Below, piece by piece: positions 63,189-64,000 of a DNA stretch of 64,000 bases. The position numbers were made by a program, and so were the translations under genes. The DNA is from Takakia lepidozioides (taxonomy: Eukaryota > Plantae > Bryophyta). The notes below the pieces were generated by a model. The model ran no database searches. It had not been told where the DNA came from and saw nothing but the letters and a program-made list of their open reading frames with translations. The stretch lies in assembly GCA_030704615.1 (NCBI GenBank), contig CM060731.1, positions 14,074,001 through 14,138,000 on the forward strand, in the 5' to 3' direction. The stretch's first letter is position 1; every line of letters begins with the position of its first letter.

Positions 63189-64000
63189 GTGCAGATGCAC
63201 ATCGCAAGTCCACATTGTGTTCATAGTGCCTCTATAATATGGGCATTGGAATTGGTGCATGCGAAGCTGTTTGGTCGGAATCGTCAGTCTAGTGCCTCAA
63301 CGACCGATCTTCTACATCGAGCAGGTCAGCAGCAAGCAGTAGTCCATCAAGCTGTCTAATCCCCATGGTCAATGTGGCAGCATGCACACTGTGTTGTTTT
63401 TACTTAACTTGTGAAGGCTTTTTCCCTGTGAGCCTCGCAGAACGTATATTTTCAGTTTCCCCGCTATATCTGGTGGCAGGATGTTCTCAGGGTCTAGAGC
63501 TGAAGAATGTGCACTTTTTCCCGATAGGTAATCTGTCGTGGTCACTATAAGGATGATGGAAGGAAGTGTCCATGGGCTCGCGGGGTTTACTATCGGATGT
63601 GTAAACTGTATGTAAATAAAATCAATCCCGCTTGTAAATGTATTTCCACCTGTAACTTACGTGCTGCCCACTGGTTCATGTTGGGGGAAGCTGCCACAAG
63701 AGCAGGCATGCGGTCTGCAAATTCTGTTGCGCAATCTCTTTAGTATACCAGTCTAGAGAAGACGTACATCCCATCTGCTATCTCCTAGTTCCTGCTCGTG
63801 CCAGTAATACTTGCTCATGATTTGAACATCAGTCAACATTGTGGCTTTTGAGGTGTGCATCTCAGGGATCATAAAACCGATTAGTTCACAGAGCTCTCAG
63901 CAGGAATGTGAGGGTATGTGATATAATTACCCAAACATAACCAAGCTGATATCGAACCCAAACGCGGGCTTACAGTCTAAAGGTCTAAACATTCCCAAGC

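Overview
Eukaryotic nuclear DNA from a seed-free land plant, probably a bryophyte. This is inferred from GT-AG multi-exon genes, a PLS-DYW PPR editing factor, HIPP-like HMA genes and a ciliary transition-zone gene. Apparently intact genes: three paralogous 4-exon CCxxC HMA-domain genes lacking a CaaX box (1.8-4.1, 39.0-40.1 and 61.8-63.2 kb), a DOMINO1/EMB514-like DUF3223 gene (34.6-35.8 kb) and a PLS-E-DYW PPR gene (50.8-55.8 kb). The PPR gene appears to carry an N-terminal OSB-type PDF (ssDNA-binding) motif on upstream exons, and a decayed head-to-head paralogue (43.3-50.1 kb) has the same PDF-PPR order. An RPGRIP1L/fantom-like gene (19.9-33.0 kb, minus) shows two 1-nt frameshifts, an apparently exonic LINE insertion and no visible central C2 domains. 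RecQ and F-box pseudogenes are also present. Mobile DNA: a near full-length L1-clade LINE, several RTEX-like LINE copies and stacked 3' tails, a CRE-like RT+RLE retroelement nested in an RTEX copy with an 8-bp TSD, two pogo-type DDE transposase relics, hAT-like MITEs and tRNA-like SINE heads. Exon models were read by eye and no database search was run.
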